Positions 27,628 through 37,774 of a stretch of 51,551 nt of DNA are shown here, piece after piece. The translations under genes were made by a program, and so were the position numbers. Where the stretch lies: the NCBI GenBank assembly GCA_051006495.1, contig JBPCTE010000064.1, positions 1 through 51,551 on the forward strand, in the 5' to 3' direction. The number at the start of each line of letters is the position of its first letter. Within the stretch, counting starts at the first letter, position 1. The stretch comes from Candidatus Planktophila sp. GTDB lineage: Bacteria > Actinomycetota > Actinomycetes > Nanopelagicales > Nanopelagicaceae. A model generated the notes under the pieces. It had not been told where the DNA came from. It did no database searches and saw only the letters and a list, made by a program, of their open reading frames with translations.

Positions 27628-28986
27628 GTGCCATTTACGTATGACGTAATAAACCCATCAAATGAAAGCATCGTAGAAACAGTAAACCTTCTAGGTTTAG
27701 AAGAAACTGATGCCGTAATCGCAAAAGCTGCAAAGGCATTTGAGAGTTGGAAGAACGTTTCGCCCGGAGAGCGTGCGCGTTTACTCCGTGCATTCTCACA
27801 AGTTGTAACTGATCATCGTGAAGAACTGGCTCAATTAGAGATTACAAACTCTGGTCACACTCGTGGCAATGCACTGTGGGAAGCTGACAATGTTGCAAAT
27901 ACTTTGATGTACTACGCAGCTGCACCGGAGCGCTTATTCGGTCGTCAAATTCCAGTACCTGGTGGGATAGATGTAACTTTCAAGGAAGCTCTAGGAGTTG
28001 TTGGCGTTATTGTTCCGTGGAACTTTCCAATGCCAATTGCTGGTTGGGGATTTGCACCTGCTCTCGCAGCTGGAAATACAGTTGTCTTAAAACCAGCTGA
28101 GTACACACCACTGACTGCAATCCGCCTGGGCGAACTTGCACTCAAAGCTGGCATTCCTGAAGGGGTGTTTAATATTCTTCCCGGCAAAGGAAGCATCGTT
28201 GGTAATCGTTTTGTTACACACCCACTTGTTCGAAAAGTTGTTTTCACTGGATCGACCACAGTTGGAAAACAAATCATGGTCGGGTGCGCGGATCAAGTAA
28301 AACGAGTAACCCTTGAACTCGGTGGAAAATCTTCGAATATCATCTTTGCAGATGCAGATGTAGCCAAAGCCGCAGCCGGTGCACCCGGTGCAGTATTTGA
28401 TAACGCGGGGCAAGATTGTTGTGCGCGTTCTCGTATCCTTGTTCAGAAGTCAGCGTTCGATTCATTCATGGAGCACTTCGAAGTAGCAGTGAAGAAATTC
28501 CGAGTTGAAGATCCAAACCTTGCAACTGCAGACATGGGTCCCCTGATCTCAAAGAAGCAATTTGACGTTGTTGAATCATTTTTAGATGAACCAATTGCAT
28601 TTAAAGGATCGGCACCAAATGGTCCTGGATATTGGATGCCACCAACTGTTCTTTTACCTAAAAATACTCAATCTCGTTCATGGAGAGAAGAAATTTTCGG
28701 ACCAGTTGTATCTGTCATGACATTTGAAGATGAAGCAGAAGCCATTACTATGGCAAATGACAGCGAATATGGACTATCTGGATCTATTTGGACACGAGAT
28801 GTTGGTCGTGCACTACGTGTGTCTCGTGGAATTGAAACTGGTGCACTATCAGTTAACTCAAACTCATCGGTTCGCTTCTGGACTCCTTTTGGCGGATTCA
28901 AGCAATCAGGGCTGGGTCGAGAACTTGGGCCTGATGCTCTCGATTCATTTACCGAAGTAAAGAACGTCTTTATTTCTAACGACTAA
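27628..28986 (+). CDS. Aldehyde dehydrogenase (AldC-like)
   Basis: [37 protein letters not shown] and [12 protein letters not shown]. Confidence 0.95.
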   Translation: MPFTYDVINPSNESIVETVNLLGLEETDAVIAKAAKAFESWKNVSPGERARLLRAFSQVVTDHREELAQLEITNSGHTRGNALWEADNVANTLMYYAAAPERLFGRQIPVPGGIDVTFKEALGVVGVIVPWNFPMPIAGWGFAPALAAGNTVVLKPAEYTPLTAIRLGELALKAGIPEGVFNILPGKGSIVGNRFVTHPLVRKVVFTGSTTVGKQIMVGCADQVKRVTLELGGKSSNIIFADADVAKAAAGAPGAVFDNAGQDCCARSRILVQKSAFDSFMEHFEVAVKKFRVEDPNLATADMGPLISKKQFDVVESFLDEPIAFKGSAPNGPGYWMPPTVLLPKNTQSRSWREEIFGPVVSVMTFEDEAEAITMANDSEYGLSGSIWTRDVGRALRVSRGIETGALSVNSNSSVRFWTPFGGFKQSGLGRELGPDALDSFTEVKNVFISND

Positions 28987-29012
28987 CAAACTCATAAAGA
29001 AAAGGAAATAAC

Positions 29013-29786
29013 ATGTCGCAACGTCTTGAAGGGCGCGTAGCAGTAATTACAGGAGCAGGCAGCGGAATTGGTCTTGCAACAGCCAAACGGTTAGCAAGTG
29101 AAGGCGCAAAGATCGTTGCAGTAGACATGAACCCTGAATCTGGCGAGGCTGCTGCAAAAGCAACTGGCGGAATCTTCGTAAAGGCAGATGTGACAAGTGC
29201 TGCTGACGTTGAAAATATGTACAAGGTAGCCTTTGACACTTATGGACGAATAGATATTGCATTTAATAACGCTGGTATCTCGCCTCCAGATGATGATTCA
29301 ATTTTGACAACAGGACTTGATGCGTGGGAGAGAGTTCTGCGCGTTAATACAACCAGTGTTTTCCATTGCTGCAAATACGTAATTCCTTACATGCAAAAAG
29401 CGGGAAAAGGATCAATTATTAACACAGCATCATTTGTTGCAACAATGGGCGCTGCAACTTCACAAATCGCTTACACAGCATCAAAAGGTGGAGTTTTAGC
29501 AATGTCACGTGAACTAGGAGTCCAATTTGCACGCGAAGGTATCCGAGTTAACGCCCTATCCCCTGGACCAGTTAATACTCCGTTATTGCAAGAGCTATTC
29601 GCAAAAGATAAAGAGCGCGCAGCTCGTCGCTTGGTCCACATTCCAATGGGTCGCTTTGCTGATGACACTGAAATTGCTGCAGCTGTCGCATTTCTTGCTA
29701 GTGATGACTCATCATTTATCACAGCAGCAAACTTCTTAGTAGATGGTGGAATCTCCGGAGCATATGTAACTCCGCTTGATAACTAA
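29013..29786 (+). CDS. Short-chain dehydrogenase/reductase (Rv2857c-like)
   Basis: TGAGSGIG, NNAG, YTASKGG, SRELGVQFAREG and RRLVHIPMGRF. Confidence 0.93.
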   Translation: MSQRLEGRVAVITGAGSGIGLATAKRLASEGAKIVAVDMNPESGEAAAKATGGIFVKADVTSAADVENMYKVAFDTYGRIDIAFNNAGISPPDDDSILTTGLDAWERVLRVNTTSVFHCCKYVIPYMQKAGKGSIINTASFVATMGAATSQIAYTASKGGVLAMSRELGVQFAREGIRVNALSPGPVNTPLLQELFAKDKERAARRLVHIPMGRFADDTEIAAAVAFLASDDSSFITAANFLVDGGISGAYVTPLDN

Positions 29787-29792
29787 TAAAAC

Positions 29793-30521
29793 CTAGATCC
29801 GCTTAATTGGCGCGGTTGCGATGCGGTCAAGAAATTGATCGACCAAATCGTAACCGCGCTGATTAGTTTGTTCTTCAATTTCTCTTGTTTCTGCACGTAA
29901 GGTTTCGACGTTAACACCTTCAGACTCAACTTCGGCGCAACCGCCCTCCATTTCCAGCCACAAATCAAGCACGTGTGGGTCAATTTCAGGGTGAAATTGC
30001 AATCCCAAAGTTCGACCAAAGGAAAATGCTTGAGGGCATAAATCATTATCTGCAATCAATGTTGCATCTGGCGGCAATGTAAATCGATCCCAGTGATACT
30101 GAAACCACGGACCGCGTGGGATTAAGGATTCATCTTTACTTTCGATTTCATACCATCCAAGTTCGGCACGTGGTGATCGCGAAACGGTTCCACCCAACAC
30201 CCTCGACATCAACTGCCCGCCAAAGCAAATACCCAAGACAGGAATGCCTGCATTGTGTACTTCTTTCATTTTTTCTAATTCAGGCAACAACCAATTACCC
30301 ACAACATCATCGCCATACGCCGCATATGGTGCACCCATAACAACTACAACATCAAAGGTAAGCAGATCAGGCCATGAAACCGAGACATTTGGATTTTTTT
30401 GGTCTTCTTTGCCAACGATTACGAATCGAGTAATTTCATAACCTCGATTTTTGAATTGATGCCAGATTGGGCCACCCTCACTGACATGATCATGTTCTAT
30501 AAAGATTACGCGTTTAGTCAT
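29793..30521 (-). CDS. Type 1 glutamine amidotransferase domain protein (stand-alone)
   Basis: PVLGICFGGQL nucleophile elbow and GLQFHPE (His-Glu of the triad). Confidence 0.9.
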   Translation of the reverse strand: MTKRVIFIEHDHVSEGGPIWHQFKNRGYEITRFVIVGKEDQKNPNVSVSWPDLLTFDVVVVMGAPYAAYGDDVVGNWLLPELEKMKEVHNAGIPVLGICFGGQLMSRVLGGTVSRSPRAELGWYEIESKDESLIPRGPWFQYHWDRFTLPPDATLIADNDLCPQAFSFGRTLGLQFHPEIDPHVLDLWLEMEGGCAEVESEGVNVETLRAETREIEEQTNQRGYDLVDQFLDRIATAPIKRI

Positions 30522-31486
30522 TTTTGAATGCGAATTGGCTCTTGTCCGCGCGCAATGAGGCGTTCGAAATGGTGCTCACGCTTTTCATTAAAGCGATCCG
30601 ATTCTTGAGTTGTTTTATCCAAGAAGGCAACGAGTTCATCACGGGCAACCAAACCATCTCCAGATAAATCATTACGCTCAAAAACATTCCATGCTCGAAG
30701 TACTGGAGCAATCACTTCTTCAAGGTGCTGTTGCATGTCATAAATACCGGCTAACGCAATCTGCACAGCTTTGCGTCCGAAGCCAGGCATATTCGCTCCA
30801 GGCATATCAAAATTTGTTACGACATCGGTGATAGCCCTCATCGCAGCATTTGGTTCAAGATCCAATGCGGCATTTAGGGTATTGCGATAAAAAATCATGT
30901 GAAGGTTTTCATCTAAAGAAATTCTCTGCATCATGCCTTCTGCGATTGGATCATCAGATATCTTGCCAGTATTTCGGTGCGAAATTCGAGTGGCTAATTC
31001 TTGAAATGAAACGTATGCAATGGTGTGCAGCATGTCATTGTCATAAGGAGTTTGATAACCGAGTGACATATGAGCCATACGTAAATCTTCTAGTTCGTAT
31101 GGATCTACTCCACGGGTTGCCATTAAATAATCCCGAATCACAATTGAATGGCGGCCTTCTTCGGCGGTCCAACGTTCGATCCAATTGCCCCATGCACCAT
31201 CACGCCCCATAGATAATGTAATTTCGGTGTGATAGCTCGGCAAATTATCTTCAGTGAGTAAATTTAATACAAGTGAATCTTGAGCCACCGCACTAAGGCG
31301 CGAATCTTTTGCTTCCCAAGCATCACCATTGAGTGGCCCAGCAAAATTTCGTCCTTCACTCCATGGGACGTATTCGTGTGGATACCAATTTTTCTGAATT
31401 GCTAAGTGTCGCTCTAGTTCTACAGCAACAACGGGTTCGAGATCGCGAATTAAACGTGATTGGATCTTCGCGGACTCTTCAGACAT
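30518..31486 (-). CDS. desA1: Acyl-ACP desaturase (DesA1-like, di-iron ferritin-like)
   Basis: WYPHEYVPWSEG, LLTEDNLPSYH, WTAEEGRH, YVSFQELATRISHRNTG and DENLHMIFYRN. Confidence 0.92.
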   Translation of the reverse strand: MSEESAKIQSRLIRDLEPVVAVELERHLAIQKNWYPHEYVPWSEGRNFAGPLNGDAWEAKDSRLSAVAQDSLVLNLLTEDNLPSYHTEITLSMGRDGAWGNWIERWTAEEGRHSIVIRDYLMATRGVDPYELEDLRMAHMSLGYQTPYDNDMLHTIAYVSFQELATRISHRNTGKISDDPIAEGMMQRISLDENLHMIFYRNTLNAALDLEPNAAMRAITDVVTNFDMPGANMPGFGRKAVQIALAGIYDMQQHLEEVIAPVLRAWNVFERNDLSGDGLVARDELVAFLDKTTQESDRFNEKREHHFERLIARGQEPIRIQK

Positions 31487-31523
31487 GGAAGAACCCTACG
31501 GTAATTTCTGCATTACTGACGAG

Positions 31524-32207
31524 TTAGAAATTCTTTTCGGCTCGATCTTTTGCAGATTGTGCGCGCCATGCTGCGATTTGTGCGTGGTTGCCACTGAGTA
31601 AAATCTCAGGCACGCTGATACCGCGCCACGATTGCGGTTTTGTAAATGTCGGATATTCAGCGAATCCATCCTGCATATGTGACTCTTCAACTATTGACGC
31701 CGGATTACCAAGGACGCCAGGAAGTAATCTAGTGATTGCTTCAATCATCACCATTGCAGCAACTTCACCCCCGCCTAAGACATAATCTCCAATAGAGACT
31801 TCATGAACTCTGATGTTTTTCTGCGCAAATTCCTCTTGTAAATAATATTGACGAACCCGATCATCAATACCTTCATATCGTCCACACGCGAAAACAAGGT
31901 GCGAACGATGTGAAAAATCTTCAGCCATTCGTTGATTAAATCTCTTGCCGCCAGGCGTTAAAACAATGAGATCTACATTCTGAACTAACAAAGGATCAAG
32001 AGCTGCGCCCCACACCTCTGCTTTCATAACCATGCCGGCTCCACCTCCATACGGAGTGTCATCAACGCTGTGATGATTATCTTTTGCATACGCCCGCAAA
32101 TCATGAATGTTAATTTCTAATAAACCTTCATCTTGAGCTTTGCCTAGAAGAGATAACTTAAGCGGTGCTAGGTAATCTGGGAAAATAGTGACCACGTCTA
32201 ATCTCAT
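31524..32207 (-). CDS. trmD: tRNA (guanine37-N1)-methyltransferase
   Basis: VDDTPYGGGAGMVM, CGRYEGIDDR and SIGDYVLGGGE. Confidence 0.97.
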   Translation of the reverse strand: MRLDVVTIFPDYLAPLKLSLLGKAQDEGLLEINIHDLRAYAKDNHHSVDDTPYGGGAGMVMKAEVWGAALDPLLVQNVDLIVLTPGGKRFNQRMAEDFSHRSHLVFACGRYEGIDDRVRQYYLQEEFAQKNIRVHEVSIGDYVLGGGEVAAMVMIEAITRLLPGVLGNPASIVEESHMQDGFAEYPTFTKPQSWRGISVPEILLSGNHAQIAAWRAQSAKDRAEKNF

Positions 32208-32707
32208 CGCATCTCCCCGGTGATTGTTGGAGGAATAACAATAATGCGCTTGTTTTTTACGTCTACATCTGGCACTAATTGATGTACAAAGGGAATAAGA
32301 GATTCGCCTTGTTCGGTATTAATAGCCAATAAATCTTGTCCTGGAAGATTAATGACATCTGTGACTTCACCGTATTTTTCGCCAGACTCTAGATATGTTA
32401 TGCAACCAATTAATTGAAGAACGTGATATTCATCGTCATCACCAGTTGATTCATTGATATCAACATCGGAATAAAGCATTTCATTTCGTAATTCTTCGAT
32501 TTGATTTCGAGTGGTTATGCCTTCAAATCCCAAGAGCAAAATCCCGTTGTGCACACGTCCAGAAACAATAGTGAGATCACCATGCTTGTCTGTATTTACG
32601 GTTGCACCAATTCCAAAGCGAATGTCTGGATTATCAGTGCGAACTTCAATCGTCGCTTCACCGAGAATTCCGTGAGCACGACCAATGCGGCCCACGAGTA
32701 ATCGCAT
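32204..32707 (-). CDS. rimM: Ribosome maturation factor RimM
   Basis: VGRIGRAHGILGE, QDLL and LIPFV..LVP.VD; rpsP operon position. Confidence 0.95.
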   Translation of the reverse strand: MRLLVGRIGRAHGILGEATIEVRTDNPDIRFGIGATVNTDKHGDLTIVSGRVHNGILLLGFEGITTRNQIEELRNEMLYSDVDINESTGDDDEYHVLQLIGCITYLESGEKYGEVTDVINLPGQDLLAINTEQGESLIPFVHQLVPDVDVKNKRIIVIPPTITGEMR

Positions 32708-32721
32708 GAGCGAAAGGTTGG

Positions 32722-32961
32722 TTAGCGAGCCTCGTCGGTCTCGATGAGATCGACGCGCACTGTACGACCCGCAATTGCACTTACAACAGTGCGAAGAGCT
32801 TTAGCTGTTCGGCCATTTCGACCAATAACTTTGCCAATGTCTTCGGGATTAACTCGAACCTCTAGCGTTGTTCCGCGACGGTGCGTTTTTTCTTTAACGA
32901 TGACATCTTCAGGATTATCGACGATCCCCTTTACGAGATGCTCGAGTGCTTCATCCATCAT
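32722..32961 (-). CDS. khpA: KH-domain RNA-binding protein KhpA
   Basis: EHLVKGIVDNP and V.PEDIGKVIGRNGRTAKALRTV. Confidence 0.93.
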   Translation of the reverse strand: MMDEALEHLVKGIVDNPEDVIVKEKTHRRGTTLEVRVNPEDIGKVIGRNGRTAKALRTVVSAIAGRTVRVDLIETDEAR

Positions 32962-32963
32962 TG

Positions 32964-33494
32964 TTATTCGGCAGCCGCTTCTGCATCAACTTCTGCTGCT
33001 GGCGCTTCCACAACCGCTTCAGCCGCTGGTGCTGCTTCAATAATTGTTTCAGCCGCTGGTGCAGGAGTTTCTTCTACAACTGGATTTGCTTTGGCAGCTA
33101 ACTTCTCTTGCGCTTTCTTCTTAAGAGTTGTCGCGCCTTCTTTAGGTTCATCCATTGCTTGCTTAACAGCTGCTTCATACGCAACGCTCTTTGAAGTTTT
33201 CGGGGCTGCAACACGGAGTGTTCCTTCAGTACCAGGAAGTCCCTTGTGCTTTTGCCAGTCACCTGTAACTTTTAAAATCGCCTCTACAGCAGGTGTTGGA
33301 AGCGCGCCGGTGCCAAGCCAGTACAGTGCGCGATCAGAATTAACTTCGATGAGTGAAGGTTCTTGACCTGGTGCATAGCGACCAATCTCTTCAATAGATA
33401 ATCCATTGCGAGCTTTGCGTGAATCTGTTACAACAATACGGAAATATGGTGTGCGAATTTTTCCCATGCGCATTAAACGAATTTTTGTAGCCAA
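32964..33494 (-). CDS. rpsP: 30S ribosomal protein S16 with Ala/Glu-rich C-terminal tail
   Basis: KIRL.RMGKIRTPYFRIVV.DSRKARNG..IEEIG.Y; TTG start with AGGAG SD. Confidence 0.97.
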   Translation of the reverse strand: MATKIRLMRMGKIRTPYFRIVVTDSRKARNGLSIEEIGRYAPGQEPSLIEVNSDRALYWLGTGALPTPAVEAILKVTGDWQKHKGLPGTEGTLRVAAPKTSKSVAYEAAVKQAMDEPKEGATTLKKKAQEKLAAKANPVVEETPAPAAETIIEAAPAAEAVVEAPAAEVDAEAAAE

Positions 33495-33621
33495 GTAACT
33501 TGTACTCCTGTAAATGTGTGCCGAACCAATTCGATCGCAGCGGGGTGCGCAATCATTTTGGCCAAGCGATGGACTTGGATGTTTCGGGGGTAGAGGGCCC
33601 CGCCACAGGTGCCCAATCTTG
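33495..33621 (-). promoter_or_regulatory. rpsP promoter and structured 5' UTR (candidate ribosomal leader)
   Basis: TGG-CAAGAT extended -10 at 33616-33621; stems CGGGG/CCCCG, CCAAG/CTTGG and GATTGC/GCGATC precede the SD. Confidence 0.5.
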
Positions 33622-33652
33622 CCATCACTTAGGCAAGATGCGAAATTAAGGC

Positions 33653-35095
33653 TTATCCGCGCTCTTCAGCGGCCCGTTTGGCAGGGTTACCTGACTTGGA
33701 CTTCTTCTTATGTACAACCGCAGCTTTAGCCGACGGTATACCGGACATAGCCGTATTCATTCCAGCAGGCATTCCTGACGGCAATGAACCAGTTCGCATT
33801 TGTTTCATAGCTTTTTGCGCGGCTGAAAATCTTTCTACAAGAGAATTAACCTCAGAGACTTCGCGACCACTTCCACGAGCAATACGTGCACGCCTTGTTC
33901 CATTTAATACTTTCACATCGCGACGCTCTTGCGGTGTCATAGATTGAACTATGGCTTTAGTGCGAACTATTTCGCTTTCATCAAAATTTTCAATTTGTTT
34001 CTTCATCGAAGCAGCACCTGGCAACATAGCAAGTAACTTGCCCATCGACCCCATGTTAGCCATTGCCTCGAGTTGCAAAAGAAAATCTTCTAAAGTGAAA
34101 TCATCGCCTCGTGCAAATTTCTCTTCAAGTTTTGCGCTTGTTTCGGGGTTTAGCGCTTTCTTGGCTTGCTCTGCCAATGTAGCCACGTCGCCTAATCCGA
34201 GAATTCGAGATGCCATGCGATCTGGATAAAAAAGATCAAAGTCATCAATCTTTTCACCGGTAGAAACAAACATGATCGGGCGTTTGATGATTTCTGTAAT
34301 TGATAAGGCGGCTCCGCCGCGTGCATCACCATCTAATTTGGTTAGAACTAAACCATCGAAACCAACACCTTGTTCAAATGCACGTGCCGTTGAAATAGCG
34401 CTCTGACCGATCATTGCATCGATGACAAATAAAATCTCATGTGGCGCAATTTGATCGCGAATCGCGATTGCTTCATCCATTAACTCATCATCAACGCCGA
34501 GACGACCCGCTGTATCAACAATTACCATGTTGTGAAGTTTGGAATTCGCGAACAAAACTCCATCTCGAGCGACTTGAACTGCATTGCCTTTTCCGTTTCC
34601 TATTTCGGGAGCAAATACCGGAACGCCAATTTGTTCTCCCAAAACTTGTAATTGGGTAACAGCATTAGGTCTTTGTAAATCTGCAGCAACTAGCAGTGGA
34701 GTGTTGCCCTGCTCTTTATAAAATTTCGCAAGTTTTGCAGCCAAAGTAGTTTTACCGGCGCCCTGTAAACCAGCCAACATAATTACGGTCGGAGGGTTCT
34801 TGGCAAATCTAATTCTTCTGCCTTCGGTGCCAAGAATTTTAATGAGTTCTGCATTAACGACATCAAATATTGCTTGGGCCTGATTGGTGCCAGCTTGTAG
34901 AGTTGGGAGAAGCACCGAAGCTTGCGCACCAATACGCTCGGTAAAGAGATCAACAACTTCTTTGGACACATCGGCTTCCAAAAGTGCGCTTGTGATCTCA
35001 ACCAGCACTGCATCGATATCTGAAGAAGTGATTCTTCCTTTTGAGCGCAAATTGCCAAAAGTTTTGGCAAAGCGTGCTGAGAGTGCGTCAAACAT
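33653..35095 (-). CDS. ffh: Signal recognition particle protein
   Basis: GLQGAGKTT, DLQRPNA, DTAGR, TKLDGDARGG and M-domain SMT..ER / R..RIARGSG. Confidence 0.97.
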   Translation of the reverse strand: MFDALSARFAKTFGNLRSKGRITSSDIDAVLVEITSALLEADVSKEVVDLFTERIGAQASVLLPTLQAGTNQAQAIFDVVNAELIKILGTEGRRIRFAKNPPTVIMLAGLQGAGKTTLAAKLAKFYKEQGNTPLLVAADLQRPNAVTQLQVLGEQIGVPVFAPEIGNGKGNAVQVARDGVLFANSKLHNMVIVDTAGRLGVDDELMDEAIAIRDQIAPHEILFVIDAMIGQSAISTARAFEQGVGFDGLVLTKLDGDARGGAALSITEIIKRPIMFVSTGEKIDDFDLFYPDRMASRILGLGDVATLAEQAKKALNPETSAKLEEKFARGDDFTLEDFLLQLEAMANMGSMGKLLAMLPGAASMKKQIENFDESEIVRTKAIVQSMTPQERRDVKVLNGTRRARIARGSGREVSEVNSLVERFSAAQKAMKQMRTGSLPSGMPAGMNTAMSGIPSAKAAVVHKKKSKSGNPAKRAAEERG

Positions 35096-35126
35096 AGGTA
35101 GAGCCTACTTTAGCTCCACGCAATTA

Positions 35127-36766
<1,640 letters not shown>

Positions 36767-36922
36767 AGGTATCTACTTTCAATTGCGTGGTTGCTAAAAA
36801 TTCTTGCGAATCTCGCCTTTGAGATGGGGAAAATATCTAGTATTTGAGTTACGAGAAGAGGTATTCAAGGTTTCAGATAAATCACATTTTCAGGCTTAAA
36901 TACGGATTGTGTTACAGCCAGG

Positions 36923-37756
36923 TTAAGAGATCAGGCCTTTGACGTACGTATCAGGATCAAAGGCGAGCAAATCGTCAATTGATTCTCCTGTGCCAACGTA
37001 CTTGATAGGAATATCCAATGAGTCTTCAATCGCAAGCGCGATTCCGCCTCGCGCGGCGCCATCTAACTTGGTTAAAACTATTCCAGTGACATTTACAGCC
37101 TCAGTAAAAATTTTCGCTTGCTGTAAACCATTTTGGCCAGTTGTTGCATCAATTACTAAAAGTACTTCTTTTACCGGCGTTACTTTTTCGATAACACGTT
37201 TTATCTTGCTGAGTTCGCTCATCAGATCATTTTTGTTATGTAAACGTCCTGCGGTATCAATGAGAAGATATGAGGCACCCAATTTTTGAGATTTTTCAAT
37301 GGCATCAAATGCAACAGATGCAGGATCTGAATTCTCTTTTCCGCTAATTACCTCGACACCAATTCTTTGACCCCAGGTTTGCAGCTGATCAACCGCTGCT
37401 GCGCGAAAAGTGTCAGCAGCAGCAAGAACAACAGTGCCTTCGCGCTGCAAAATCTTAGCCAGCTTTGCAACCGAAGTTGTTTTTCCTGTGCCATTAACTC
37501 CTACAACCATCACAGCTGTCAGGCCAGATTCAATGTGTATACCTCTAGATTTTTTCGAAAGATGGGAGTTCAAAACTATACGCAGTGACTCTTCAGGCGT
37601 TTCAGATTTCAATTTTCGAGTTTGCTCAATAATCTTATTAGCGAGATCGGCACCCAAATCCGCGGCTATCAATTCATTCGTTAATTCATCCAGATCTGGT
37701 TTATGAAGTAAATCAGTGACCTTGATTTTAGATAAAAACTTCGAAAAAATTCCCAT
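36923..37756 (-). CDS. ftsY: SRP receptor FtsY (NG domain only)
   Basis: GVNGTGKTT, DTFRAAA, DTAGR, DATTGQN and TKLDGAARGG. Confidence 0.96.
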   Translation of the reverse strand: MGIFSKFLSKIKVTDLLHKPDLDELTNELIAADLGADLANKIIEQTRKLKSETPEESLRIVLNSHLSKKSRGIHIESGLTAVMVVGVNGTGKTTSVAKLAKILQREGTVVLAAADTFRAAAVDQLQTWGQRIGVEVISGKENSDPASVAFDAIEKSQKLGASYLLIDTAGRLHNKNDLMSELSKIKRVIEKVTPVKEVLLVIDATTGQNGLQQAKIFTEAVNVTGIVLTKLDGAARGGIALAIEDSLDIPIKYVGTGESIDDLLAFDPDTYVKGLIS

Positions 37757-37774
37757 GCCTAACGAATTTCTAAT

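Noticed and set aside
32881-33366. 161-aa plus-strand ORF and short tandem repeats (CAGCCGCTGGTGC)
   Set aside because: Antisense to rpsP. The repeats encode the Ala/Pro/Glu S16 tail and have no spacers, so this is not CRISPR.
33514-33729. 71-aa ORF across the rpsP-ffh gap
   Set aside because: No recognisable motif or start signal; it is antisense to the rpsP leader and the ffh 3' end.
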